Shown: positions 15,889 to 24,100 of the stretch, piece by piece
Layout: each line of letters opens with the position of its first letter
Position numbering within the stretch: the first letter of the stretch is position 1
IMG/VR virus record: IMGVR_UViG_3300042527_000337
Span: 1-31,924 of that record
Origin: a virus
Taxonomy: Duplodnaviria > Caudoviricetes
Length of the DNA stretch: 31,924 nucleotides
Direction: 5' to 3' (one strand)
Notes under the pieces: model-generated
Databases searched by the model: none
The model's input: only the letters and a program-made list of their open reading frames with translations
Told to the model about the DNA's origin: nothing
Program-made: the position numbers and the translations under genes

Positions 15889-16540
15889 GGACTTCGAGTT
15901 CAAGGGCGTGTGGATACCCTCACGGGTATTCACGGACGCTCGGCTGACCCAGTCGGACAAGTTCCTGTTCGGGGTCATCCACATCCTCTGCAACGAGCGT
16001 GGCTGTTTCGCCACCCGTGAGGCCCTGTCTGACTACATGGGCCAGTCCGTACGCAACACCCAGTACAGCATCGGCAGGCTGATGGACTGTGGCTACGTAC
16101 GCAGGGATGAGGATGGCACCCTCTGGGACATCGTGAGCCACACGCTGGACAGGGGTGAAAAACCTTTCACGGGAGGGGTGAAGAATTCTTCATCTCAGGG
16201 GCGAAGAAATTTTCACCCAGATAGTAATAAGGATAGAAACAAGGAGATAGAAAAGGCACCAGAGGTGCTGGTGGGGGATTCCTTCATTCGTTCTAACCCT
16301 GAACTATCGGCTGTCTGGGACAAGTGGCTGGAGCACCGCAGGGCCAAACGCTGGTCCACGACCAACACCTATATCGCTGGCTGGGACGAGGCATTCAGCC
16401 AATGGGGAGCCGCACAGGCTGTCCAGTCCATCAACCAGAGCCTCCTGCAGGGCTGGCAGGGCCTGTTCGAGCCTAAGGGTAGGGTTACCCCTAGGGCACA
16501 GGCTCCAAAGTCCGACACGGACCACTCCAAAGGATTCTAA
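15881..16540 (+). CDS. Replication initiator (N-terminal winged HTH, lambda-O-like organisation)
   Basis: FKGVWIP N-terminal motif, HTH, internal iterons, C-terminal W..W..HR...GWQGLF domain; upstream of the DnaC-like ATPase. Confidence 0.8.
   Translation: MAKDFEFKGVWIPSRVFTDARLTQSDKFLFGVIHILCNERGCFATREALSDYMGQSVRNTQYSIGRLMDCGYVRRDEDGTLWDIVSHTLDRGEKPFTGGVKNSSSQGRRNFHPDSNKDRNKEIEKAPEVLVGDSFIRSNPELSAVWDKWLEHRRAKRWSTTNTYIAGWDEAFSQWGAAQAVQSINQSLLQGWQGLFEPKGRVTPRAQAPKSDTDHSKGF
16151..16256 (+). repeat. Iteron-type replication origin inside the initiator gene
   Basis: Three 20-bp direct repeats at a 23-bp period (16151, 16174, 16197; consensus AGGGGYGAARAANNNTTCAY, each with an internal GTGAA/TTCAC-type palindrome) followed by an A/purine-rich tract. 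Confidence 0.75.
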
Positions 16541-16545
16541 CCACC

Positions 16546-16755
16546 ATGAACAACGAAGACCTCAACAAACGCACCCCCGAACAACTCAAGGAACTGGTGC
16601 AGACCCTCCGTGAGGAGAACCAGAAACTGAGGACCGAGCGTAACGCTCAGGCCGCAGAGATGGAGAAGCACGTCGAGAACTTCCTGAGCCTGCGTGAGCG
16701 GTTCACCGAACTGAACAAGCAGGTGCAGGAAATCGTCAACCGCAGGAAGCCATGA
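16546..16755 (+). CDS. Small coiled-coil protein (69 aa)
   Basis: Heptad pattern; ATGA-coupled to the next gene. Confidence 0.7.
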   Translation: MNNEDLNKRTPEQLKELVQTLREENQKLRTERNAQAAEMEKHVENFLSLRERFTELNKQVQEIVNRRKP

Positions 16756-17426
16756 GCCCTCCTCTTTGCCGCAACTTCAACTGCAACAACACCTGCCACG
16801 TGCGTGAGTACGGGGAGGGTGGCGTGGCCATCTATGAGACTCTGTGCACTCCCTGCATGGTCCACTGGAACAAGATGGTACTCACTGTGGGCATGCCCAA
16901 GGAGCCCAAACCTGAGACGCCCATGCCCGAACTGTTCGCCGATACGGACCCCAAGCGTCTGGGCGAACTGCAGATGGTGGCCGAGCACTACCTGCCCAGC
17001 GGCAAAGGCCTGCTGATTCACGGCACCACACGTAAGGGAAAAACACGTACGGCTTGGTACATCGCCAACAGGCTGTGGAATGAGAACAAGTACAAGAACA
17101 GGTATCTGTTCCTGACCATGTTCGAACTGGAGGCCCGCATCGCCGCATCGTGGGGCAATAGCACGTGGGATAAGACCATGCTCCACATGACCAACGTGCC
17201 GCTCCTGTTCCTCGACGACATGGGCAAGGAGAAGATGACTGACCGCATGGCCTCGTGCCTGTTCGCCCTCATCGACCAGCGTACCATGCACAAGCGTCCT
17301 ACGATTATCACTACGAACCTGACGGGCGACACGCTCATGGAGCGATTCCATGACAAGGAGACTGGTGCGGCGTTCGTTGCACGTCTCAAGGACAGCGACC
17401 TGTTCGAGCGTGTAGCCGCCCGATGA
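16752..17426 (+). CDS. DnaC/IstB-like AAA+ helicase loader
   Basis: Walker A GTTRKGKT, Walker B LLFLDDMGKE, sensor IITTN, N-terminal Cys cluster. Confidence 0.88.
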   Translation: MSPPLCRNFNCNNTCHVREYGEGGVAIYETLCTPCMVHWNKMVLTVGMPKEPKPETPMPELFADTDPKRLGELQMVAEHYLPSGKGLLIHGTTRKGKTRTAWYIANRLWNENKYKNRYLFLTMFELEARIAASWGNSTWDKTMLHMTNVPLLFLDDMGKEKMTDRMASCLFALIDQRTMHKRPTIITTNLTGDTLMERFHDKETGAAFVARLKDSDLFERVAAR

Positions 17427-17593
17427 CCCAGAAGCGTAGACCCGAAAGACTGAAGCCCAGCCTTAAACTGCTGACTCCAGACGAGAAAAAGGTCATGGAC
17501 AAGACCATGGCCGAAATTCGTGAGATGTGGAAGTCGTTGTACGCCAAAAACAAGTGGAAGCCGCAGGACCCCCTGAAAAAAGTGCAAAAATAA
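17423..17593 (+). CDS. Hypothetical protein (56 aa, MTQKRRPERLKPSLKLLTPDEK...)
   Basis: Translated by hand; ATGA overlap with the dnaC-like gene. Confidence 0.6.
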   Translation: MTQKRRPERLKPSLKLLTPDEKKVMDKTMAEIREMWKSLYAKNKWKPQDPLKKVQK

Positions 17594-17680
17594 GTTGCAC
17601 CCGACTACAAAAGGTACACATCTATCTATCTCGTCCCTGCTACAACAGGGAATAACCGACAACAACCAACCAACACACGC

Positions 17681-17920
17681 ATGAGCGAAATCAACATCAA
17701 CGCCGTCAATGCTCGCATCGAGGACCTCGAAAAGGAAATCGCTGTTATCAAGGCCGAGAAGCAGAACCTCACCGACCCCGTCATCAAGGGCCTCGGCATC
17801 AAGTTCTCCGACCTCGACCTGAGCAAGGCCTCTGCTGTCATCCACCTCCACAACGCTGTCCTACAGCGTCTGGAAGAACTGACGGCCAAGGTCGAGGCTC
17901 TCGAAGCCAAGGCAAAGTAA
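17681..17920 (+). CDS. Coiled-coil hypothetical protein (79 aa)
   Basis: C/A-rich leader and strong codon bias. Confidence 0.75.
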   Translation: MSEININAVNARIEDLEKEIAVIKAEKQNLTDPVIKGLGIKFSDLDLSKASAVIHLHNAVLQRLEELTAKVEALEAKAK

Positions 17921-17966
17921 TCCATCGGGGGAGCAAGGCCCCCATCAATTTCCCACACACACACAC

Positions 17967-18164
17967 ATGAAGAACAACAAAGAGCGACGGGCCACGCTTA
18001 ACAAGGCCCTAGCCGAACTCCGCAAGGAACTTCGGGACTACGTCAAAGCCAAACGAGCCGAGTACAGGAAGAAGCCAGTCTACCTCGACAAAGATTCTGA
18101 CATCTGCGTCGACCGACTGAACGAATCCTTCCGCTGGTTCATCAACAAGACCTACCGAGACTAA
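17967..18164 (+). CDS. Hypothetical basic protein (65 aa)
   Basis: Long (CA)n leader; TAATG overlap with the next gene. Confidence 0.7.
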   Translation: MKNNKERRATLNKALAELRKELRDYVKAKRAEYRKKPVYLDKDSDICVDRLNESFRWFINKTYRD

Positions 18165-18466
18165 TGGACTCTCCCAAGAACATCACCAAGCCTGCACAGG
18201 CTGACGTGCCGCACAACGGCTGGTCCAACTACGAAACCTACTGGACCGCCCATGTCATCGCCAACGACGACAATCTGTACAGGCTCTGCAAGGAACTGTA
18301 CGAAGGCGGATACACCTCGTGGGGCTCTCTCGCCAACGCCATGAAAATCTACGGCCACAAGTGGCAGTCCAACTACACTGGGCTGAACTACATCTCGTGG
18401 AAGAACCCGAAGGTCCGTGGCCCTGAACTGACCAAGCACCTCAAAGAACTTTTCCACCAACCATGA
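18164..18466 (+). CDS. Conserved phage protein with an NGWSNYET motif
   Basis: NGW.NYET....I.ND..LY pattern recalled from phage early regions. Confidence 0.75.
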   Translation: MDSPKNITKPAQADVPHNGWSNYETYWTAHVIANDDNLYRLCKELYEGGYTSWGSLANAMKIYGHKWQSNYTGLNYISWKNPKVRGPELTKHLKELFHQP

Positions 18467-18669
18467 AAACCGACAAAGAAATCCAGCGAGCGGAAGAACG
18501 CCGCACCCGACCCAGACTCCTCTGGGTCAAGGTCCCACCCGAAGTAGCCAAACGTCTGTCCGACACCGCCGAGAAAATCGGCGTCAGCAGGGCCGACTAC
18601 ATGAGGCTTATCATCATCAACCACGTCAACAGCGACGACAAATCCTTCACCATCACCCACACCAAATGA
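18463..18669 (+). CDS. Ribbon-helix-helix DNA-binding protein
   Basis: LLWVKVPPEVAKRLSDTAEKIGVSRADYMRLII fits the beta-alpha-alpha pattern with G.SR. Confidence 0.75.
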   Translation: MKTDKEIQRAEERRTRPRLLWVKVPPEVAKRLSDTAEKIGVSRADYMRLIIINHVNSDDKSFTITHTK

Positions 18670-19412
18670 GCACAAACATCACGCCAGAATTCGCCAAGGC
18701 CTACGCCGAGGCGGTCAGCCGCACCCGTGACGTCGTAGCAGACGCCACCAACCCGTTCCACAAGAACGCCTACGCAACCCTCGGAGCCCACATCTCCGCC
18801 ACCAAGGCAATCTTCGCCCAGTACGGACTCGCCATCGTGCAGTTCCCTGTGTCGAACAACGTCAATCGTGGCGAGGTCGGCGTCGAGACCATGGTCATAC
18901 ACGAGTCTGGAGGCTACGTGTCCCGCACCATCCTCATGCCCGTCGCCGAAGGCGTCAAGGGTCAGGACGTCGGCTCACTGGTCTCGTACCTAAGGCGGTA
19001 CGCCATCGCAAGCGTGGCAAATCTCGCCACCTCTGATGATGACGCAGAAGCCGACAGGGAAGTCCGCACCATCCCTGCTCCTAAACTCATCCAACTGCCC
19101 AAGGCCGAGGCTCCCAAGCCCGTCTCCAAGCCCAAGGCTGAGCCCGTGGAAAAGAAGGCTGAGTCCAACGACCCCAGCCTCGTCGACGCCCTCGGTACCA
19201 TCCTGCACTTCGGCAAGAACAAGGGCCAGTCCCTCGCTCAACTGCCCAAGAACTCGCTCGACTGGTACATCAAGGAATGGCAACCGAAGTCCTACAACGG
19301 CAAGCCCATCCCTGACGTGGACCTGAGCCTCCGAGCCGCCCTCGACGCCATCCGTGACGCTCGCAACGGCCCCATCAAGCCTGACACGACCAGCGACGAC
19401 GTTCCGTTCTAA
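18666..19412 (+). CDS. erf: ERF-family single-strand annealing protein with an extra C-terminal domain
   Basis: NPFHKNAYATL and GSLVSYLRRYAI...DDD ERF signature; C-terminal FGKNKG..L..LP...L.W module; ends SDDVPF. Confidence 0.85.
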   Translation: MSTNITPEFAKAYAEAVSRTRDVVADATNPFHKNAYATLGAHISATKAIFAQYGLAIVQFPVSNNVNRGEVGVETMVIHESGGYVSRTILMPVAEGVKGQDVGSLVSYLRRYAIASVANLATSDDDAEADREVRTIPAPKLIQLPKAEAPKPVSKPKAEPVEKKAESNDPSLVDALGTILHFGKNKGQSLAQLPKNSLDWYIKEWQPKSYNGKPIPDVDLSLRAALDAIRDARNGPIKPDTTSDDVPF

Positions 19413-19420
19413 TCCACTTT

Positions 19421-19492
19421 GGCCTTATCGTTCAACGGATAGGACAGGCGTTTCCTAAACGCTTAATCTAGGTTCGATTCCTAGTAGGGCCA
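19421..19492 (+). tRNA. tRNA-Arg (CCU), decodes AGG
   Basis: Acceptor GGCCTTA/TAGGGCC, D arm GTTC/GGAC, anticodon arm GGCGT-TTCCTAA-ACGCT, T arm CTAGG-TTCGATT-CCTAG; CCA not encoded. Confidence 0.93.
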
Positions 19493-19521
19493 AAACCTTT
19501 CCACCCAGCATACGCACATAC

Positions 19522-19998
19522 GTGAGCACACCAGAAGAAAACAAGGTCGAGCACTCCGCTCAGGCCATCACCAATCAGGAGCCGAAGAAACACGGCTACT
19601 GGCCCAAGCAGAAGGGTCTGAAGCACCCCGAGCGTCGTGTTAAGCGTCCTCGGTACGCCAAGGAACTCAAGGGACTCGTCGGTCAGGTCAATGTGACCTG
19701 TGCTGTCTCCAAGTCCCTCGTCCAACTGCTTGAGGAGCAGTGCCTCCTCGACGGCGTCACACGCTCGGACATCCTGCGAGCCGCCCTCATCCGTGAGGTC
19801 GCCTTCAGGAAGTTCTGCCGTGACAACGGCACTTCGCCCCTGACGGCTTCGCACCTGACGCCTTCCCTGACCAAGCAGGAAAAGGCTCAGGCCAAGCAGG
19901 CCAAGGTGAAGGTCAAGGTCGTCAAGCCGACCATGGTCTCGGTGCCTAAGGAGACGCTCGACCAAATCTCGTTCGTCTTCAAGGCACTCAACGGCTAA
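19522..19998 (+). CDS. Protein with a central ribbon-helix-helix-like motif (158 aa)
   Basis: VNVTCAVSKSLVQLLEEQCLLDGVTRSDILRAAL; GTG start after a TTTCCACCCAGCA leader. Confidence 0.65.
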   Translation: MSTPEENKVEHSAQAITNQEPKKHGYWPKQKGLKHPERRVKRPRYAKELKGLVGQVNVTCAVSKSLVQLLEEQCLLDGVTRSDILRAALIREVAFRKFCRDNGTSPLTASHLTPSLTKQEKAQAKQAKVKVKVVKPTMVSVPKETLDQISFVFKALNG

Positions 19999-20019
19999 GG
20001 CACGAGCCAGCAAAACAAC

Positions 20020-20042
20020 AGGGACCTTCGGGTCCCTTTTTT
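20020..20042 (+). terminator. Intrinsic terminator ending the early arm (possibly bidirectional)
   Basis: AGGGACC-TTCG-GGTCCCT followed by a T run; A-rich upstream flank; lies between convergent genes. Confidence 0.85.
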
Positions 20043-20131
20043 GTGCCCGTGTAAGGCGGGCCGATAAACGGCCCTTTAAGGCTTAGCCACCCCACGACAC
20101 ATACATGAAGGCCACGACAGCCAACACGCCA

Positions 20132-20842
20132 TTACTGTGAAGGCTCGTCCTTGGGACGCAAGCGGCATTTGACCTCTCGGTGCGTATGCAGGCCAGCGTA
20201 CATGCCGTAAGCCATTCCTAGGACCACGCAGGCACCAAAGGCCCACTTGAACCACCATGCCTCGACCATGTCCCTGATTACGAACGGCGTGGCCGCACAG
20301 ACGGCGGACAACATAAACATAACGACGCCAGCCTTCAGGCCTTTACCGATGAACGTATTAGCCACGATGAAGGCGGCACCAGCAAAGCCAAAGACCATGG
20401 ACATGAACAGGAACTTGTCCTGCACCTGCTTCCATGACTCCTCCTTCTTCATGGCCGTGATGCTGTTCTTGAGGTCTTGGTTCTCCTTGTCCTTCTCTGC
20501 GATTACCTTGGCCATCCTGCTTGTCTCTTCGTCGACCTTCTTTGCTTTGGCTTGCTCGGCTTCCATCGCTTTTGAATTGGTTATGGTCTTGTCGAACTTG
20601 TCCACCTGCTCGGCGGTGGGCTTCTTGATGCCCGACAGCCTAGTCTCGGTCAGGTCGAGCAACGGCTTGCCCTTACCCTCGACGTTCTTCTTGGCCACGA
20701 TGATGGCGGCGGCTCCCTCGCTAGCCTCGTGCTCCAGCCTGTCGACGTAAGCGTCCTTGTCCTTGCTTGGGGGCTCTGGCTGTGGTGCCGTGGGCTTTGG
20801 AGCCGTGCAACCGCACAGCAGAAGAAGCAGGAAGTATCTCAT
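20132..20842 (-). CDS. Lipoprotein with a coiled coil and C-terminal transmembrane helices (spanin-like)
   Basis: MRYFLLLLLCG-C lipobox-like signal, Pro-rich linker, long coiled coil and three hydrophobic helices; coupled to the holin. Confidence 0.6.
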   Translation of the reverse strand: MRYFLLLLLCGCTAPKPTAPQPEPPSKDKDAYVDRLEHEASEGAAAIIVAKKNVEGKGKPLLDLTETRLSGIKKPTAEQVDKFDKTITNSKAMEAEQAKAKKVDEETSRMAKVIAEKDKENQDLKNSITAMKKEESWKQVQDKFLFMSMVFGFAGAAFIVANTFIGKGLKAGVVMFMLSAVCAATPFVIRDMVEAWWFKWAFGACVVLGMAYGMYAGLHTHREVKCRLRPKDEPSQ

Positions 20843-21135
20843 TTGGTACGGACGATTCGGCGGCGAATGACCTCAAGAATTTCAGAAGTAAACGTTCCGA
20901 CAACGCTGTAGATGACGGCCTCATAGATTGGAGGCACCATGTCATGAACAATGAAATAAGCAATTATGCCGATGATGGCTCCAGCAATGGTACGCCTAGT
21001 CCACACCACCCAACTGTGAGCCTCGTCGCTGACCAGCAACCTGACCAAAGCACCAAGGGCTCCGAGGGCGGCCATGAGCCAGCCACCCTCCTTGAGGTCT
21101 TCGACAGTCTTAGTTAGATTCGGGTCTGGGCTCAT
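20839..21135 (-). CDS. Putative holin (2-3 TM segments)
   Basis: 98 aa; G.LGALVR...W......GAIIG pattern; basic C-terminus IRRRIVRTK. Confidence 0.7.
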   Translation of the reverse strand: MSPDPNLTKTVEDLKEGGWLMAALGALGALVRLLVSDEAHSWVVWTRRTIAGAIIGIIAYFIVHDMVPPIYEAVIYSVVGTFTSEILEVIRRRIVRTK

Positions 21136-24100
21136 CTCGCTTCTGGCCTCTGCCTGCGGTGTAGAACTTGTACATCTCCACGGCCTGCTTGGTCATGGCT
21201 TGATTGGAGTCCACGCCTCGGAGGGACATGAACGGGATGCCTTGGACAATCATCTTCTTGGCTTCTGCCACGTGATTGGCGTTCGGGTACTTGGGCCTGA
21301 TGACGAGCATCGGACCAGTGAAGCCGACCATCCTAGCCGTCGCCGCCGCAACTTCGTCGGCACTGCTGGTAGCCCTTAGTCCCATGGCATGCATGGCCAC
21401 GGAGTTTTCCATGGCCGTAGAGGCAGGGTCTCCAGAGTCAGGTCCGAACAGTCCGTGCACGGCGTCTTCCCTGTTCAGGCCCATGTTGGTCCCTTGCTTC
21501 ATGAAGTCTTCCGTCGGCGTCTTAGAGCCGAACGAAGTGGTCATCTGGTTCTGCAAGTTGCCCGACTCGGCACCAGCCATGCCGCCAGCAATGGTCATTC
21601 CACCGAACGCCACCTGCCTGCCGCTGGACCTAGCGTCCGCAGTAGAGAACAACTTGTTGGACATGGTCTGGGCCATCGACGAGGGCCCGTGTCCAGTCAG
21701 CATGAACGCTTCCATGGCATAAGCACCCATTCCCTTGTACGACTTCAGGAAGTTAGAGACGATGGGCACGGCACCAAGATACTTGGCGTTTTGAGCGGCC
21801 TTCTCTTGAGCCTCGTTGAATGACACGATGCCTTCGGCGATGGGCTTTCCAGTCTTCTTGTCGATGATGGAGTACTTTCCGTCGACCATGATGATGTCAG
21901 GCGTCTCAAAAGCGTCATGCGACACCTGATTGACGAGGGCGTCATGCATGCCTGCGTAGTAGATTTTGTTATGCCACAGCGGTGCACCATAGTTTGTGGC
22001 ATATCCGTGGGTCCTGCCTACGGGAACGCTGAGGAACACGCCCTGAGGCTTGGCGATGTGGGTAGCCACACGCTTGGCGACGTCGGCTCCGTCCGTGATG
22101 CCAGACGACTTGATTTGCTCGAAGATGCTTTCGGGGGTCCTTGAGCCAGACCTCGTAGCCTTCACGAGTCCTTTGAGGGTCGCTTGGCTACTGTCCCTGT
22201 AAGTATTCGAGTGCTTGAGGGCCAAGTCGATGACGGACTTCACAGAAGCCCTCATGCCTATGGCCGTCTTGCCCGAGGTGAACATGGGAAGTTCGTCGAT
22301 GATTTCCCTAGCAGACTCCATCAGGTGGTCTTCAAGAAGGCCCTCTACGTTGTTCCAAGTAATCTTTTTCTCATTCGAAAGGAACTGTTCCGCATCGGGA
22401 ATCTGGTGCAGGTTTCCGTTGTGCAGTGCCTCAAGGAATCCTCCGTGAGTGGTACGCTTCTTGGCTTCATGCATGATGTAACCAGCCGCCATGAACTCTG
22501 AGTACTTGAACCCGCTGATGTTAATAGGGGCGATGATGCCTCCGCCTAGGTTGAACAGGCCGACGATGTTCCTGTTGGAGTCGTAACGCTTCCTGTGATG
22601 GCGGGCGTCCATGACCACGAGGGCGTCTTTTCTGTTCTGCAGTGCCCTCATGACATACCAGTTGGTCATGACGCCACGATAAGCACCATCTTCGCCGAGA
22701 GGAATGGTGTCTGGGTATGTGAAGGCGTCGGAGTCCACCTTGCCCACCAAGGCCTCAATCTCTACGATACGTGCTTTCGCCTTCTCCATGACTGGGTCGG
22801 GAACATTGGCACGATAGACAGACACGATGGCGGCGGCGTTCATTTCGAACATCTTGCCGAGAAGCGTCCTAGACTCGGTATGCTGTGAGCCACGAGCCCT
22901 TGATACGGGGTTTCCGCTGGTGTTGTCGAAGTCGATGTCGACGGCCTGAATTACCTTCATTCCGTAATCACCAAGGCGGTCAAGTTCGGGGAAAGTAACT
23001 TCCTCTGGCTTGGTGAGAACCTTAAGAAAGGTCTCATTGATGTAACTCCTAGCAGAATCCCTCTTGGCCATGAGTTCAGCGGCTTGCTCGGCAGTTACGC
23101 CAAGAACCTGTCCAACGAGCCTGATGTCCATGGCGACAGCCTGTGCGGGAGTCAGTTCGACAAAGTTGTAATCCATGTAACGCATCTTCGCCATGAGTTT
23201 CCTCTGGTTCTGCACGATGTCGTCAGGAGATATGCCCAACTCGACCAAGTCTTCCATGCGGACATACCTTTCAATGTTTGAGGCAATGTTGGTAATCCTC
23301 TGGCCCTCAATCCTGTATGGACGCTTGTAATCTACTCTAATCTCGCTGGCATAAGCGGCCTCTGGTTGCCACGGCTCATGAATCTTGGAATGCAAGTCAC
23401 GCTTGTTCCTGAAGTCGGTCAGCAGGTGTGCGGGCTCATAGTACAACTCCTCAGCCCTTTTAATGCCGATGAGCGTTTTCATCTTCCACTCCCTCACTTG
23501 GTCGGTGCGGGCTTCGAAACGTTCGACCCTACGCCTGAAGTCCAGAAGAGACTCTAGAGCAATTTTGTCGAAGTTGACGCCATGCTTTGCGGCATCGTTG
23601 TAATCCAACTCGTTCTTGTAGTACTCGCCAAGCCAATCAAGTTTGCCCATGAACTCTGGGTTGAACTGAAGTCCGACGGAAGCGATGTACCTGACGAGGT
23701 TGTCCGTGCTGTTCTCGGACATGTAGTGCCAGTAGTTGTCCAGAGTGGTGGCGGCTAATCCCAAAACTCGCCCCATGCCGAATCCGTACACTTCTCCCAT
23801 GGCTCCGTAGTGCAACTGTCCGCTTTCGGCTTGGTGGACAAGTTCGAGCATGGACTCGTGAAGTGCACCCTCGTACTTTTCGGTGAAGACGACAGTGGGT
23901 ATGTTGTTGTCCTTGAGGCCGTACTTCTTTGCGGTGTCTGGAGATACCTTGTGGGTCTTTTCAAAGTCCAGAACGATTCCGTTTTCTTCGCCGACTAATC
24001 CCTTGTTGATGGCGACTGCGTAAAGCAAGAACGGCGTGGCCTTCCTGATTTCCCTATCAGCGATGACACGCCTGATTACAGTCTTGTGCTTGGACTTGAC

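Noticed and set aside
14032-19521. CRISPR-like or microsatellite array from the recurring CA-rich repeats
   Set aside because: Repeats are short, variable, irregularly spaced and always directly upstream of start codons
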